Shown here one piece after another: positions 1-11,720 of a stretch of 64,000 nt of DNA (position 1 is its first letter; every line of letters starts with the position of its first letter). Source of the DNA: Macrostomum hystrix (taxonomy: Eukaryota > Animalia > Platyhelminthes); assembly GCA_950097015.1 (NCBI GenBank), contig CATNEN010000007.1:62001-126000 (forward strand), given 5' to 3'. The translations under genes and the position numbers were made by a program. The notes beneath the pieces were generated by a model. The model ran no database searches and was not told the DNA's origin. It saw only the letters and a program-made list of their open reading frames with translations.

Positions 1-476
1 TATTCGGAAACTGCCCTCCGCCTTCTGGATGTTGCATGGACTCCGTTAAGTTTCAGGTTTCACAGCGAAAGCTTCTTCCGCACACAGACCTCTACCACTT
101 TGGATATGGCAACAGTGTCATTTTGACGGTTAGCCGCGTACGCCCAACTACAAGTCCTGAGGTCCATGAGGTCCAATTACGTAGCGGTCTTGTGCTTCAT
201 GTAAACAAAATACAAAGTTTCTATGCAGAAAAAATGAATAACACATATTACCTGAGAACCAACTTGTCTTTAAAAGACTTTTCTTTTAAAATATTTCTTG
301 AAAAGAATACACCCGCATTATATTTGCATTGGAGTTTTCAAAGACCTGTCAACAGTCGAATAAAATTCCATTACAATTCGACGAGTTAAAGGGAGCTGTG
401 TAACGGAAGTCTTAGCAAATTGACTCTTCGTTTATCCTTTTTCCTTGAGCTTAATCAAAAGACTAATATATTCATC

Positions 477-3400
477 ATGCCGTGGGGTTTCCAAACGTGT
501 GGTCCTAATGAGGCCCTTGTTATTTCAGGCAAGTACTAGCTATTTTTAAATGATTTACTGTTTAGCTACTGTCCTGAATGAAGTAGGCCCCTAGTTTTTT
601 ATTACCAATTTTTTTGATTTCGGCAAAAGTTTATTTAGATTAGGCCTCATTATCTAGCTATACTTGACTGTATAATACATGTTCGTGCTGACAGTGGTTG
701 TTTAGCTTGCTAGCTAGTCATTTTTTATTAATTTTAGTAGGGCCTAAACTATGTTGGCCTATCTAGTATTTACTATTCAGTGAGGGCCACTGCTTTCGCT
801 GCGGTTCGATTGTCATCAATTACATTAGTATGTCAAAAGTAGGCATCATTAGCAATTTTTTCTGTTTCTTGTGCTTTGATAATATAGCTCAAATAGTGTT
901 GAGTGATTTGTAACTTTTTTCTCTTGTCAACAAGTTTACATACTATTAGCATTTTACATGTATATATTCTACCCACCTACATTGAGTATTAGGTATGCCA
1001 AGAATTCAGTGTGAGTTGTGACCAACCATGTACACCGAATTTGGCAGGCTGAATTTTGGGCATATAAAACAGATCCAAACTATGGGCTAGAGTTGGCTAG
1101 AGTTTTAAGTAACATTTTAAGTAAATTTCTATAAGTAAGTAAAGAAATTTGGGACAGTTAGCTATTTAATGTGACATACTTATTATATAGCTTTACTCAT
1201 TATCACATAGAAAAAATGATTTAATGGCTTAGGCTAGGAACTAATGAACACAATATATATTCATGATTATCTAAGACATTAATTATTGCTATATTTCTGT
1301 ATTGCTTTTTGCTTTTGTGAATATTTCTGCTATACATGCATAGACCTCTATTTATTTTAATAATAAAAAAGAAAAATACACTTAACCATAAGAATGTTTT
1401 GTATGTTAAATTTTCTACTAATCATTATATTATTTACATTGTTAGCACTTGTTTACATAGACTATAGTCACAATATTATTAGAAATTTCTTTTTTAGTAT
1501 CTTATTGCTATGTTAAATTCAACTATATGTTGTGTGTGACATATGTTATAGTTATATGTGATTGATAACATGTGATTTTGTATTGTTATTAAGAAAATGA
1601 TAATGGTAGTTATTTTTTAGTGTCTAACTATTCAGATCTGGTGATGTCATTTTTTGGGCTACATTTAATGAATGTTTATTACAATTTAGTCAATTGACAA
1701 TTATATAAATTTATATTTCAATGTCTTTTTTTGCCTATCAAAAAACAGGCTGTTGCCATGGCAAGCCCATGTACATACCTGGCGGCAGGAAATTTGTTCT
1801 GCCTGGTATTCAACAGGTGCAACGCATCTCCCTGAACACCATGACCATCACAATTGAATCGCCAAGAATCTACACTCAGCTTGGCGTGCCAGTGACAGTC
1901 ACCGGCGTGGCTCAGCTGCGCATCAAGGGCCAGAATCAGGACATGCTGGCGGCCGCCTGCGAACAGTTTTCTAGGAAAAACTGAGCACGAAATCACCGAG
2001 ATTGCTCGAGAGACACTGGAAGGTCATCAGCGCGCCATTATGGGCAACATGACTGTGGAGGAAATCTACAAGGATAGAAAGAAGTTTAGCAAGGCCGTGT
2101 TTGAGGTGCGGTTTCTGCTGCTGTGTTTCTTTGTGTGTTTTTAGATTGATTAGATTCTGGTAGAAATTGATGGCGTGAAATTTACACTGTTCTCACTGCA
2201 GGCATGTGCCTGCTTACACAGTCTCTGTGCTTGTGTGTGCTCAGGAGTCAGCGAAATAGGCAGAAATTCCTCCTCGCTACGGGAATTGTATCATATTGGT
2301 CAGGGGTTCGAATCCTGACTCACACTTAAATCTGCTTAGCTTCATCCCACCTCTTCCCGGTCCATGGACTGAACAGAGGTACGCAACCTTCAGATGCGTT
2401 GCGCAATCGCTGCGGCTTTGCTAACGGCTGCAACATCTGGGCCAATCGGGGCAGGTGTAATCAATTATTGGCATATTCTGGTAGATTTTGTTTTAACTAC
2501 TAACAAAATTGTGTGAAACTTTATAGGTAGCCTCATCCGACCTCGTCAACATGGGCATCAGCGTGGTGTCCTACACCCTGAAGGACATCAAAGACGACGA
2601 GGGCTACCTGAAGGCCCTGGGTCTGTCCCGAACCGCCCAGGTGAAGCGGGACGCTCGCATCGGCGAGGCCGAGGCCCAGAAGGAGTCGGGCATCAAGGAG
2701 GCCATGGCCGAGCAGGAGCGAATGGCCGCCAAGTACAAGAACGACATTGAGATCGCCAAGGCTCAGCGAGACTATGAGCTGAAGAAGGCCGCCTTCGATC
2801 AGGAGGTTCAGGCCAAGAAGGCCGAGTCAGACCTGGCCTACGAGCTGCAGGCCGCCAAGACCAGGCAGCAGATCAAGGAGGAGGAAATGCAGATCAAAGT
2901 TGTTGAGCGCACCCAGCAGATCAATGTGCAGGTCAGGCTTGGGTCTGCTGTGGTCTTCCCGTATCCTGCTTGTAGATAACTCAATTGGATTCTGTAGATT
3001 AGATTCTACCGAAGTCTGTAGATTAGAATCCAGTGGAGTCTGTAGATTAGAATCCTATGGAATCTGTAGATTAGAATCCAGTGAAGTCTGTAGATCAGAA
3101 TCCAGTGGAGTCTGTAGATTAGAATCCAGTGGGATCTGTAGATAAGAATCCAGTGGAGTCTGTAGATTAGAATCCAGTGGAGTCCGTAGATTAGAATCCA
3201 GTGGAGTCTGTAGATTAGAATCCAGTGGGGTCTGTAGATTAGAATCAAGTGGAGTCTGTAGATTAGAATCCAGTGGAGTCTGTAGATTATAATCCAGTGG
3301 AGTCTGTAGATTAGAATCCAGTGGGGTCTGTAGATTAGAATTCAATGGAGTCTGTAGATTAGAATCCAGTGGGGTCTGTAGATTAGATTCCAATGGAGTT

Positions 3401-4660
3401 TGTAGATAAGAATCCAATGAATCTGTAGATTAGAATCAACTGGAGTCTGTAGATTAGAATCCAGTGGGGTCTGTAGATTATATTCTAATGAAGTCTGTAG
3501 ATTAGAATACAGTGGGGTCTGTAGATTATATTCTAATGAAGTCTGTAGATAAGAATCCAATGAATCTGTAGATTAGAACTCAGTGGATTCTGCAGATTAT
3601 TATTCAGTGGATTGTGTAGATTAGAATTAAGTGGAGACTCTAGATTAGAATCCATAAGGGTTTGTAGATTAGAATCCAGTGGAGTCTGTAGATTAGAATC
3701 TAATGGAGTCTCTAGATTATAATCTAGTGGAGTCTGTAGATTAGAATCCAGTGGGGTCGGTAGATTAGAATACAGTAGGGTCTGTAGATTAGAATCAAAT
3801 GAGGTCTGTAGATAGAATCCTATGGAGTCTGTAGATAAGAATCTTATAGAGTCTGCAAACAAGAATCCTATGGAATCTGTAGATTAGAATCCAGTGGGGT
3901 CTGTAGATTAGAATCCAGTGGAGTCCGTAGATTAGAATCCAGTGGAGTCTGTAGATTAGAATTCATTAGAGTCTGTAGATTCGAATCCAGGTAGCCGGGT
4001 AGTATTATGATAATTCTACTGAGGGATAACTAAGATAATTATTCTCTAAAGACAGCAATATAACTGTGTAAACAGAGTGCTTAGTAAGATCCCAAAAATG
4101 GCTAATTTCAGCTCGCCTATCATAACGCAAGCTCTCCCCACCCCCACAATTTCCAGGAGCTGGAGATCGTTCGCAAGGAGCGCCACCTGGACGCCAGCGT
4201 TCGCAAGCCAGCCGAGGCTGAGCGCTACCGCCTAGAGAAGCTGGCCGAAGCCGAGAACCAGAAGATTATACTGGAGGCCCAGGCCGAAGCCGAATCCATC
4301 CAGCTCAAGGGCGAGGCCGAGGCCTATGCCATCGAGGCCAGGGCCAAGGCTACGGCCGAGCAGATGGCCAAGAAGGCCGACGCCTGGAAGGAATACGGCG
4401 AGGCGGCCAAGCTGGATCTGGTGCTGAAGACCCTGCCGAAACTGGCCGCCGAGGTGGCCCAACCGCTGGCCGGGGTGAAGAAGATAACAATGGTTAGCAA
4501 CGGCGGCAAAGGCTCCGAACTGGGCGCCTCCAAGATCACCGGCGAAGTGATGGACATCATGGAGCGCCTGCCGCGCATTGTCAACAGCATGGCCGGTGTG
4601 GACATCGCCAAGACGATGGGCGGCGACGGCAGCGGAGGTGGCGGCAAGAGGCGCAACTAG
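477..4660 (+). CDS. FLOT1: Flotillin-1 (SPFH/band-7 family), 4 exons: 477-528, 1749-2105, 2527-2931, 4157-4660; ~438 aa after removing one extra T at 1967-1970
   Basis: Spliced translation [18 protein letters not shown]|[30 protein letters not shown]...[32 protein letters not shown]|[24 protein letters not shown]...[17 protein letters not shown]...[14 protein letters not shown] matches flotillin-1 motifs recalled from animal orthologues. Splice phases are consistent; intron 1 has a GC donor. Confidence 0.95.
2200..2282 (+). mobile_element. 3' fragment of SINE family A in flotillin intron 2
   Basis: GTGTGTGCTCAGGAGTCAGCGAAATAGGCAGAAATT matches the 3' end of the copy at 5942-6264 (GTGTGTGCTCAGGAGTCAGCGGAATGGGCAGAATT). 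Confidence 0.75.
2285..2470 (+). mobile_element. tRNA-derived SINE family B copy in flotillin intron 2
   Basis: Pol III box B GGTTCGAATCC inside GGTCAGGGGTTCGAATCCTGACTC (2298-2321). The 3' end CTGCGGCTTTGCTAACGGCTGCAACATCTGGGCCAATCGGGGCAGGTGTAAT is shared with the minus-strand copy at ~27195-27364. Confidence 0.7.
2985..3990. repeat. 24-bp minisatellite (CTGTAGATTAGAATCCAGTGGAGT) in flotillin intron 3
   Basis: Direct tandem periodicity; explains the LQTPLDSN-type ORFs. Confidence 0.95.
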
Positions 4661-5941
4661 ATACGGTGGATAAGGAATGATTGATGGTTTTTGCTGTTCT
4701 GTTTTTGTTTTCGTTTAACTGACAGATACACTATCTACAAATCTTCTATTTCTTAATTTATATTCGTTATCTGTCTACGCGATCTTCACTGTCTCTTATG
4801 ATAATTAACCATATGACTGTCGCTCATAAACTACCAAAAAACGCTGAAACGGAGTAACAATCAAATTGTTTTCTTTAATTTTATCTGAAATTCAATACTT
4901 TTAAAAGTGATCGCAATTGTAAGAAACAGTTTTTGTTGTTGTTGTTTTGTTTCTTCTTCAATAGCTACCCGTTTTCGCAATACAAAAAACAATGCTTCTT
5001 GTTTTTTCTTTAAATTGAGGATTTTTATCCCGTAGGCAATCCCGCCTGTATCTCAGGAATTGGACTTGTCATCTCCAATTCTTTTTTGATTCTCTTCTTT
5101 TTTATCGCGTCTATGTGCAATAATTGCTACTACATAGTTTACAGTAATATAGATGTTGTTGGCTAGCATTAACCTCGCGCAGTAATTATTCAAGCTTAAA
5201 AACTGTCGGTTAACATATTTATTGACCAGGCTTTTTATTTTAAATTGTCCTCACAAAAAGTTTAGCTTTTATTAAACACTATTTATTTATTTCTTCTTCT
5301 GTAAATTTACAATTGAGTTTTAGAATCATTTCTCTTGCAGCCAGGTTTCTCAATTGTTTTATTTCTTTACATTTTTGTTGGGTTTGTTTGTTTTCACAAT
5401 TCTAGAGCATACTTTAGATCCGGTTTAATTGAGGGGGGATAATCAATTACCATATTAAAATTGTTAACACCTTAATTTAATTTTTTTAGTATATAGGACT
5501 AGCGAATTCAAACCCCCTTAGATCCCCAAATCAATTTGAATTTCATAAGCGCTACTTTCAGTAGTGCAGTATTAGTCCTTAAAATATAATAAACCTGTTT
5601 GCGATTTAAACTGATCTCGCGATGCTTAAATTGTTCTTTATGCTCTCATATATATATATATATATATCAAATCTAAATGCATATTTTTGTCTATATACAA
5701 ACCCTATACACATGCGCAGCAAACAAAAACAGTTTTTGTAAGTCCAGATTTGAGCAGATAAACGCAAATAAAGATAAAAAGATAGCTGGGTTGGCCAGTC
5801 GCTCACCTAACCCACTGTTCGGTGACGTTTTGTGCATGTAGCTTCAATCTTCTATTCGACCCGTTAATCCGCTTCTAAGTGATAGAAACAAATTTTATAT
5901 TAGATCATGCCTTTCGTGTGTTCTGTTATTTGCTGTTTTCT

Positions 5942-6264
5942 GGGGGGCCAGTGGCCGAGCGGTCTAATGCATTTGCCTCTCACACCAAGGTCTCTGAGCA
6001 CGATTTCACGGTGAGGCCACATTTATTTGGTGCGCAGCCGCGGAGAGAAGACTTGGGGGGTTGTCGGGCAATTGACGCCCTTGAGGGCCAACCTTCAAGA
6101 CACAGTGAGAGTGTACACTGCCTGACAATGAGAAAGTCAGGGCAGATGTACACACCTGTGTGAGTGTATGCCTGCGTACAGTATCTGAGTGCGTGTGTGC
6201 TCAGGAGTCAGCGGAATGGGCAGAATTGCCTCCCTCCTGCACGTATTATTATTATTATTATAAT
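5942..6264 (+). mobile_element. Full-length tRNA-derived SINE family A copy
   Basis: Box A-like TGGCCGAGCGG, tRNA-Val(CAC)-like CCTCTCACACCAAGG, degenerate box B, ~200-nt body, (TTA)n tail and a possible degenerate target-site duplication (TATTTGCTGTTTTC / TATTTTCTGTGGTC). Homologous to 29775-30033 and 46311-46470. Confidence 0.85.
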
Positions 6265-6308
6265 ATTTTCTGTGGTCTCTAGATTCTGTCACCGCTGCGT
6301 ATAGATCT

Positions 6309-7310
6309 CCCAGCATTCAGTCTCTAGATCATCTCAGTTAGCATTCAGTCTCTAGATCATCTCAGTTAGTATCCAGTCTCTAGATCATCTCAGTTAGCAT
6401 CCAGTCTCTAGATAATCTCAGTAATTTATATATCCCAGTCTCTAGTAATTAATTTATATATCCCAGTCTCTAGATCATCTCAGTTAGCATCCAGTCTCTA
6501 GATCATCTCAGTTAGCATCGAGTCTCTAGATCATCTCAGTTAGCATCCAGTCTCTAGATCATCTCAGTTAGCATCCAGTCTCTAGATCATCTCAGTTAGC
6601 ATCCAGTCTCTAGATCATCTCAGTTAGCATCCAGTCTCTAGATCATCTCAGTTAGCATCCAGTCTCTAGATCATCTCAGTTAGCATCCGGTCTCTAGATC
6701 ATCTCAGTTAGCATCCGGTCTCTAGATCATCTCAGTTAGCATCCAGTCTCTAGATCATCTCAGTTAGCATCCAGTCTCTAGATCATCTCAGTTAGCATCC
6801 AGTCTCTAGATCATCTCAGTTAGCATCCAGTCTCTAGATCATCTCAGTTAGCATCCAGTCTCTAGATCATCTCAGTTAGCATCCAGTCTCTAGATCATCT
6901 CAGTTAGCATCCAGTCTCTAGATCATCTCAGTTAGCATCCAGTCTCTAGATCATCTCAGTTAGCATCCGGTCTCTAGATCATCTCAGTTAGCATCCGGTC
7001 TCTAGATCATCTCAGTTAGCATCCAGTCTCTAGATCATCTCAGTTAGCATCCAGTCTCTAGATCATCTCAGTTAGCATCCAGTCTCTAGATCATCTCAGT
7101 TAGCATCCAATCTCTAGATCATCTCAGTTAGCATCCAGTCTCTAGATCATCTCAGTTAGCATCCAGTCTCTAGATCATCTCAGTTAGCATCCAGTCTCTA
7201 GATCATCTCAGTTAGCATCCAGTCTCTAGATCATCTCAGTTAGCATCCAATCTCTAGATCATCTCAGTTAGCATCCGATCTCTAGATCATCTCAGTTAGC
7301 ATCCAATCTC
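6309..7310. repeat. 28-bp minisatellite (ATCCAGTCTCTAGATCATCTCAGTTAGC), ~35 highly homogeneous copies
   Basis: Direct tandem periodicity. Confidence 0.95.
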
Positions 7311-7714
7311 CAGACACCAGTACTTTTTCCATATTTCAGCAGCTACATCGACTCCAGTTGCAGTATAATTATGCTCAGTATTCATCTGAAGAATTGTCAG
7401 CAAACAAGGGACAAAAGCCGTTTCATCAGGACCAAACAATGGAGCTTGTGTTGTCGGGCGAAGAACAGTAATTCAAAAGTGAGTGAAGACCTCTTCACAG
7501 TCGGCATTGTGCTATATCAGAGGATCTAAGCAGTACAAGTATAGAATTTCTTTTGTTTGCCATGGATAGGAAGAGATAGAAATATAGCAATAAAGAATAT
7601 TAACAATAAAAACTAAACAGAAAATGCTAAAAATACGAGTCTAAACAAGAAAGTGAAATGCCTTAGTGAAAAAATGTGCCAACTGCCGAAATCTGGCCTG
7701 GAATCCACTGAATA

Positions 7715-8600
7715 GAGGAGTCTAGATTAGATTTTACCGGAGCCTGTAGATTAGATTTTACCGGAGCCTGTAGATTAGATTTTACCGGAGCCTGCAGATT
7801 AGATTTTACTGGAGCCTGTAGATTAGATTTTACTGGAGCCTGTAGATTAGATTTTACTGGAGCCTGTAGATTAGATTTTACTGGAGCCTGTAGATTATAT
7901 TTTACTGGAGCCTGTAGATTATATTTTACTGGAGCCTGTAGATTAGATTTTACTGGAGCCTGTAGATTAGATTTTATTGGAGCCTGCAGATTAGATTTTA
8001 CTGGAGCCTGTAGATTAGATTTTACTGGAGCCTGTAGATTAGATTTTATTGGAGCCTGCAGATTAGATTTTACTGGAGCCTGTAGATTATATTTTACTGG
8101 AGCCTGTAGATTATATTTTACTGGAGCCTGTAGATTAGATTTTACTGGAGCCTGTAGATTAGATTTTACTGGAGCCTGTAGATTAGATTTTACTGGAGCC
8201 TGTAGATTCGATTTTATTGGAGCCTGTAGATTAGACTTTACTGGAGCCTGTAGATTATATTTTACCGGAGCCTGTAGATTAGATTTTACTGGAGCCTGTA
8301 GATTAGATTTTACCGGAGCCTATTGATTAGAATCCTATGGAGACAGTAGATTAGAATCCTATGAAGTCTGTAGATTAGAATCCTATAGAGTCTGTTGATA
8401 AAATCCAATGGAGTCTGTAGATAAGAATCCTATGGTGTCTGTAGATAAGAATCCAATGGAGTCTGTAGATAAGAATCCTATGGTGTCTGTAGATAAGAAT
8501 CCTATGGAGTCTGTAGATCAGATTTTACTGGAGTCTGTTGATTAGATTTTATCGGAGTCTGTAGATCAGATTTTACTGGAGCCTGTAGATTAGAATCGTA
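7715..8600. repeat. 24-bp minisatellite, two subtypes (CTGTAGATTAGATTTTACTGGAGC, then CTGTAGATAAGAATCCTATGGAGT)
   Basis: Direct tandem periodicity; same family as 2985-3990. Confidence 0.95.
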
Positions 8601-9182
8601 TTGAGTCTGTGTTCTATAACCTAGGAGTTTGGTCCAGTTAGAGTGCTCTACTCTTATCTGCAGGTTAATCCTAAGATGCACCCAGTGCACTCGGTGCAAG
8701 TTGTATCATTTGGCACAGAGCTCAATAAATTCAGAATTGGTCTGAGCAGCCAGCTGTGCATGAATGGGAAGTTTTGCGCTGGAATCTGGCTCCGAGACAG
8801 ATTCTCGTCTGCGCTTTGATACGTTCTCCGGTAAGATGTATTATTTTACACACAACAATGCGCACGGCGCTTAGAATACTAAAAAAATCCCTACTTGTCC
8901 GGAGCCCTGCGACCGCCCACCAACGCGGCCTGACTTCTCTGCCCCACAGCCAATCCGACCCTCAACTGTTCCCCACGCATTCTTTGATCCCCATTTTTGC
9001 ATCCTCTCTCCCCACCACTCTGTCTCCAGTGCAGATGAATATTTCAGTGCCCGGGAGGACACAGTGGGGAGGATAAATCCCGGGATTATCGTAGACTAGA
9101 AACACTTTCCGCTGCAGTTGTTGATTCTCTGCTCAGGTGTGCTCAGCACTCGAAGCTCGGCCTCTCAATATTCTATGATTGA

Positions 9183-9806
9183 ATGTCTTCGCATCGGCTG
9201 CCACAGATCCGCTTGAGCCTGGTCGGCGAGTCTGCCTCCGGCGCATCGCCAGCTCAACCTCCGGGCTCGGGAACAACTTCTTCGACATCTTCCAGCCGGA
9301 TGCGACTGCCGTGGATCGGCGCCGCTGGCAACTCCGTGGCCGCCGGGCAGGTGAGAAAATATCCCACCTGGCCGGAGCTTCGAGTTGGCGATCTTCGCGG
9401 CGAGTCCTATCAGCGACGTCGTGCTGCGGCTCAGGCTCGCCTACTCGGCGACACGGCGGCGGCAGTCGCCACAATGTCGTCGCCGACCGACTCGGTTCAG
9501 TCGGAAGAAAGTGTCGAAGCAAGTCGGCGAGGAGCTCGCAGTCCGCCGCCAAGGAGGTCGGCGCCCCTTCTGCTGCCCTTGGATCTGGCGAAGCTCGATG
9601 CCGACGAGGTCGACATTCACGAAGCCGACGACAAAGCTGGTCGCGATGGAGCTGGAGACCGGATTCGCGTCGCAGTTGAAGACATTGACGCCGGTGAGGA
9701 CTCGGGAGACTGCGAGGAAGAGACGCAGCGGAGGACCAGGCAGCGGCGGCGGCGGCGGCGAAGGCGGAAGCAGCAGGCCGAGGTGGAAAGCTGCGACAAG
9801 CCCTGA
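9183..9806 (+). CDS. Hypothetical 207-aa low-complexity protein with an acidic stretch and an Arg-rich C-terminal run (possible NLS)
   Basis: ATG-to-stop ORF with strongly GC3-biased codons like the neighbouring real genes; AG acceptor at 9135-9136 just upstream. No family recognised. Confidence 0.6.
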   Translation: MSSHRLPQIRLSLVGESASGASPAQPPGSGTTSSTSSSRMRLPWIGAAGNSVAAGQVRKYPTWPELRVGDLRGESYQRRRAAAQARLLGDTAAAVATMSSPTDSVQSEESVEASRRGARSPPPRRSAPLLLPLDLAKLDADEVDIHEADDKAGRDGAGDRIRVAVEDIDAGEDSGDCEEETQRRTRQRRRRRRRRKQQAEVESCDKP

Positions 9807-9832
9807 CAAACAACTGCTCGATGCTGAGGCTG

Positions 9833-10103
9833 GCTGATGACCTTGCTGGTGATTCTGGAGTCTGACACGATGCTGATGGTTCTGGAGTCTGACACGATGC
9901 TGATGGTTCTGGAGTCTGACACGATGCTGATGGTGGAGTCTGACACGATGCTGATCGTTCTGGAGTCTGACACGATGCTGATGGTGGAGTCTGACACGAT
10001 GCTGATGGTGGAGTCTGACACGATGCTGATGGTGGAGTCTGACACGATGCTGATGGTGGAGTCTGACACGATGCTGATGGTGGAGTCTGACACGATGCTG
10101 ATG
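9833..10103. repeat. 24/27-bp minisatellite (GATGCTGATGGTGGAGTCTGACAC) directly after the 9806 stop
   Basis: Direct tandem periodicity. Confidence 0.9.
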
Positions 10104-10664
10104 ATTTTACAGTGTACAGTGTTTTCATTTTACTGGTGCTTAGTTGTTTGTTTCGCAAGGTTACATGTCAAAGTACAAGTACCTGTACTTTTATTGCACT
10201 GGACTGCTAGAAAGTTATTTTGAGAGGCCTACGTAAAGATTTTTTCTGTTGTCAGGTATTCAGCCACTTGAATCTATTTATCTATCTGATGTACAAACCA
10301 TTTTACCGTTTCTGGTGTACCGGATTGTTGTATCGTTCCCTTAGGCTCAAAGCACTAAATAGAAATGCACTTTTCTAACCCGAGTGAATTATTATGCAAT
10401 CATCTTAATCTTTTCAACTCTGTTTGAGAGCACATCTTCATTTTTCTAACCCAATATGCCTTTTTCATGTGATCGGTAAATCCATACTGAAATGCAGGAT
10501 AGACTTTTGCAAAATAAAATATTTTTATACGCGGACAACTTCAAATTTATTACTGTCAGTAGAATATAGAAAATTTATGCTGCGGAGTAAAAGTATTCGT
10601 AGTTTTACGCCCTGTGTCTTTTGCAGGTATTTGGTTGTAGGGATTAAAAAGAATGGGATGAATA

Positions 10665-10940
10665 CACAGACACACACAGATAGACATCACAGACACACAG
10701 ACGGACATGCACACAGACACACACAAACAGACATACACAGACATGTACACACAGACATACTCGTACATACACACAGACACACACAGACATCACGCACAGA
10801 CATCACAGACAGACATCACAGACAGACATCACAGACAGACATCACAGACAGACATCACAGACAGACATCACACACAGACATCACACACAGACATCACACA
10901 CGGACATCACACACAGCAAACACAGACATACACAGACACT
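10665..10940. repeat. CA/GACA-rich simple repeat including a 13-bp unit (CATCACAGACAGA)
   Basis: Seen directly. Confidence 0.85.
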
Positions 10941-11248
10941 GGCATGCGCACATAATATGAAGCAAATAAAATATATGTGCATATAAGTGGTGCCTCCACA
11001 ATGGCCAGCCGGGCCACCCACAAGACTCGGTGACGCGCAAAAACGAGGTATAACGTTTAGCAACAGCTGCAGCTCGGACTACAATTCGAAGATAGCAGTT
11101 GAATGAATAGATTTCACACCCTTGACTATTGCGTATGTCGCTAGAGCTTTCGAGTGAGTCATCAAATATCTGGGCTATCTGAAATGCTTGCACTTTTCAT
11201 CACCTCCATGTTGAGAGCTCGTCATTTTACTAATGAAGTTTTAAATGA

Positions 11249-11720
11249 CAGAAACACAAGCTTAGAGTGACAGACTACATAAGCTGAGAGTGACAGACTA
11301 CATAAGCTGAGAGTGACAGACTACATAAGCTGAGAGTGACAGACTACATAAGCTGAGAGTGACAGACTACATAAGCTGAGAGTGACAGACTACGTAAGCT
11401 TAGAGGGACAGACTACATAAGCTGAGAGTGACAGACTACATAAGCTGAGAGTGACAGACTACATAAGCTGAGTGTGACAGACTACATATGCTTAGAGTGA
11501 CAGACTACATAAGCTTAGAATGACAGACTACATAAGCTCTCTTAAATCCAGAGAATTAGAGTGACAGACCAGAGAATAAGAATGACAGGCCAGAGAATTA
11601 TAGTGACAGACCAGAGAGTTAGAGTGACAGACCAGAGAATTAGAATGACAGACCAGAGAATTAGAGTGACAGACCAGAGAATAAGAGTGACAGGCTAGAG
11701 ACACAGAGTGACAGAGAATT
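11249..11720. repeat. Compound minisatellite: 23-bp GAGTGACAGACTACATAAGCTGA, then 21-bp GAGTGACAGACCAGAGAATTA
   Basis: Direct tandem periodicity. Confidence 0.9.

Noticed and set aside
36-389. 117-aa ORF upstream of flotillin
   Set aside because: No recognisable domain, AT-rich 3' half, and it overlaps the probable promoter/5' UTR region.
5942-6020. Functional tRNA genes (also 29775, 27305, 27415, 56253)
   Set aside because: Cloverleaf stems are broken and the heads continue into shared SINE bodies.
6309-7310. CRISPR-like regular repeats (this and the other arrays)
   Set aside because: Units are head-to-tail with no unique spacers, the context is a spliced eukaryotic genome, and there are no cas genes.
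9133-10158. 341-aa minus-strand ORF
   Set aside because: It is the antisense shadow of the GC3-rich + ORF plus the adjacent minisatellite.
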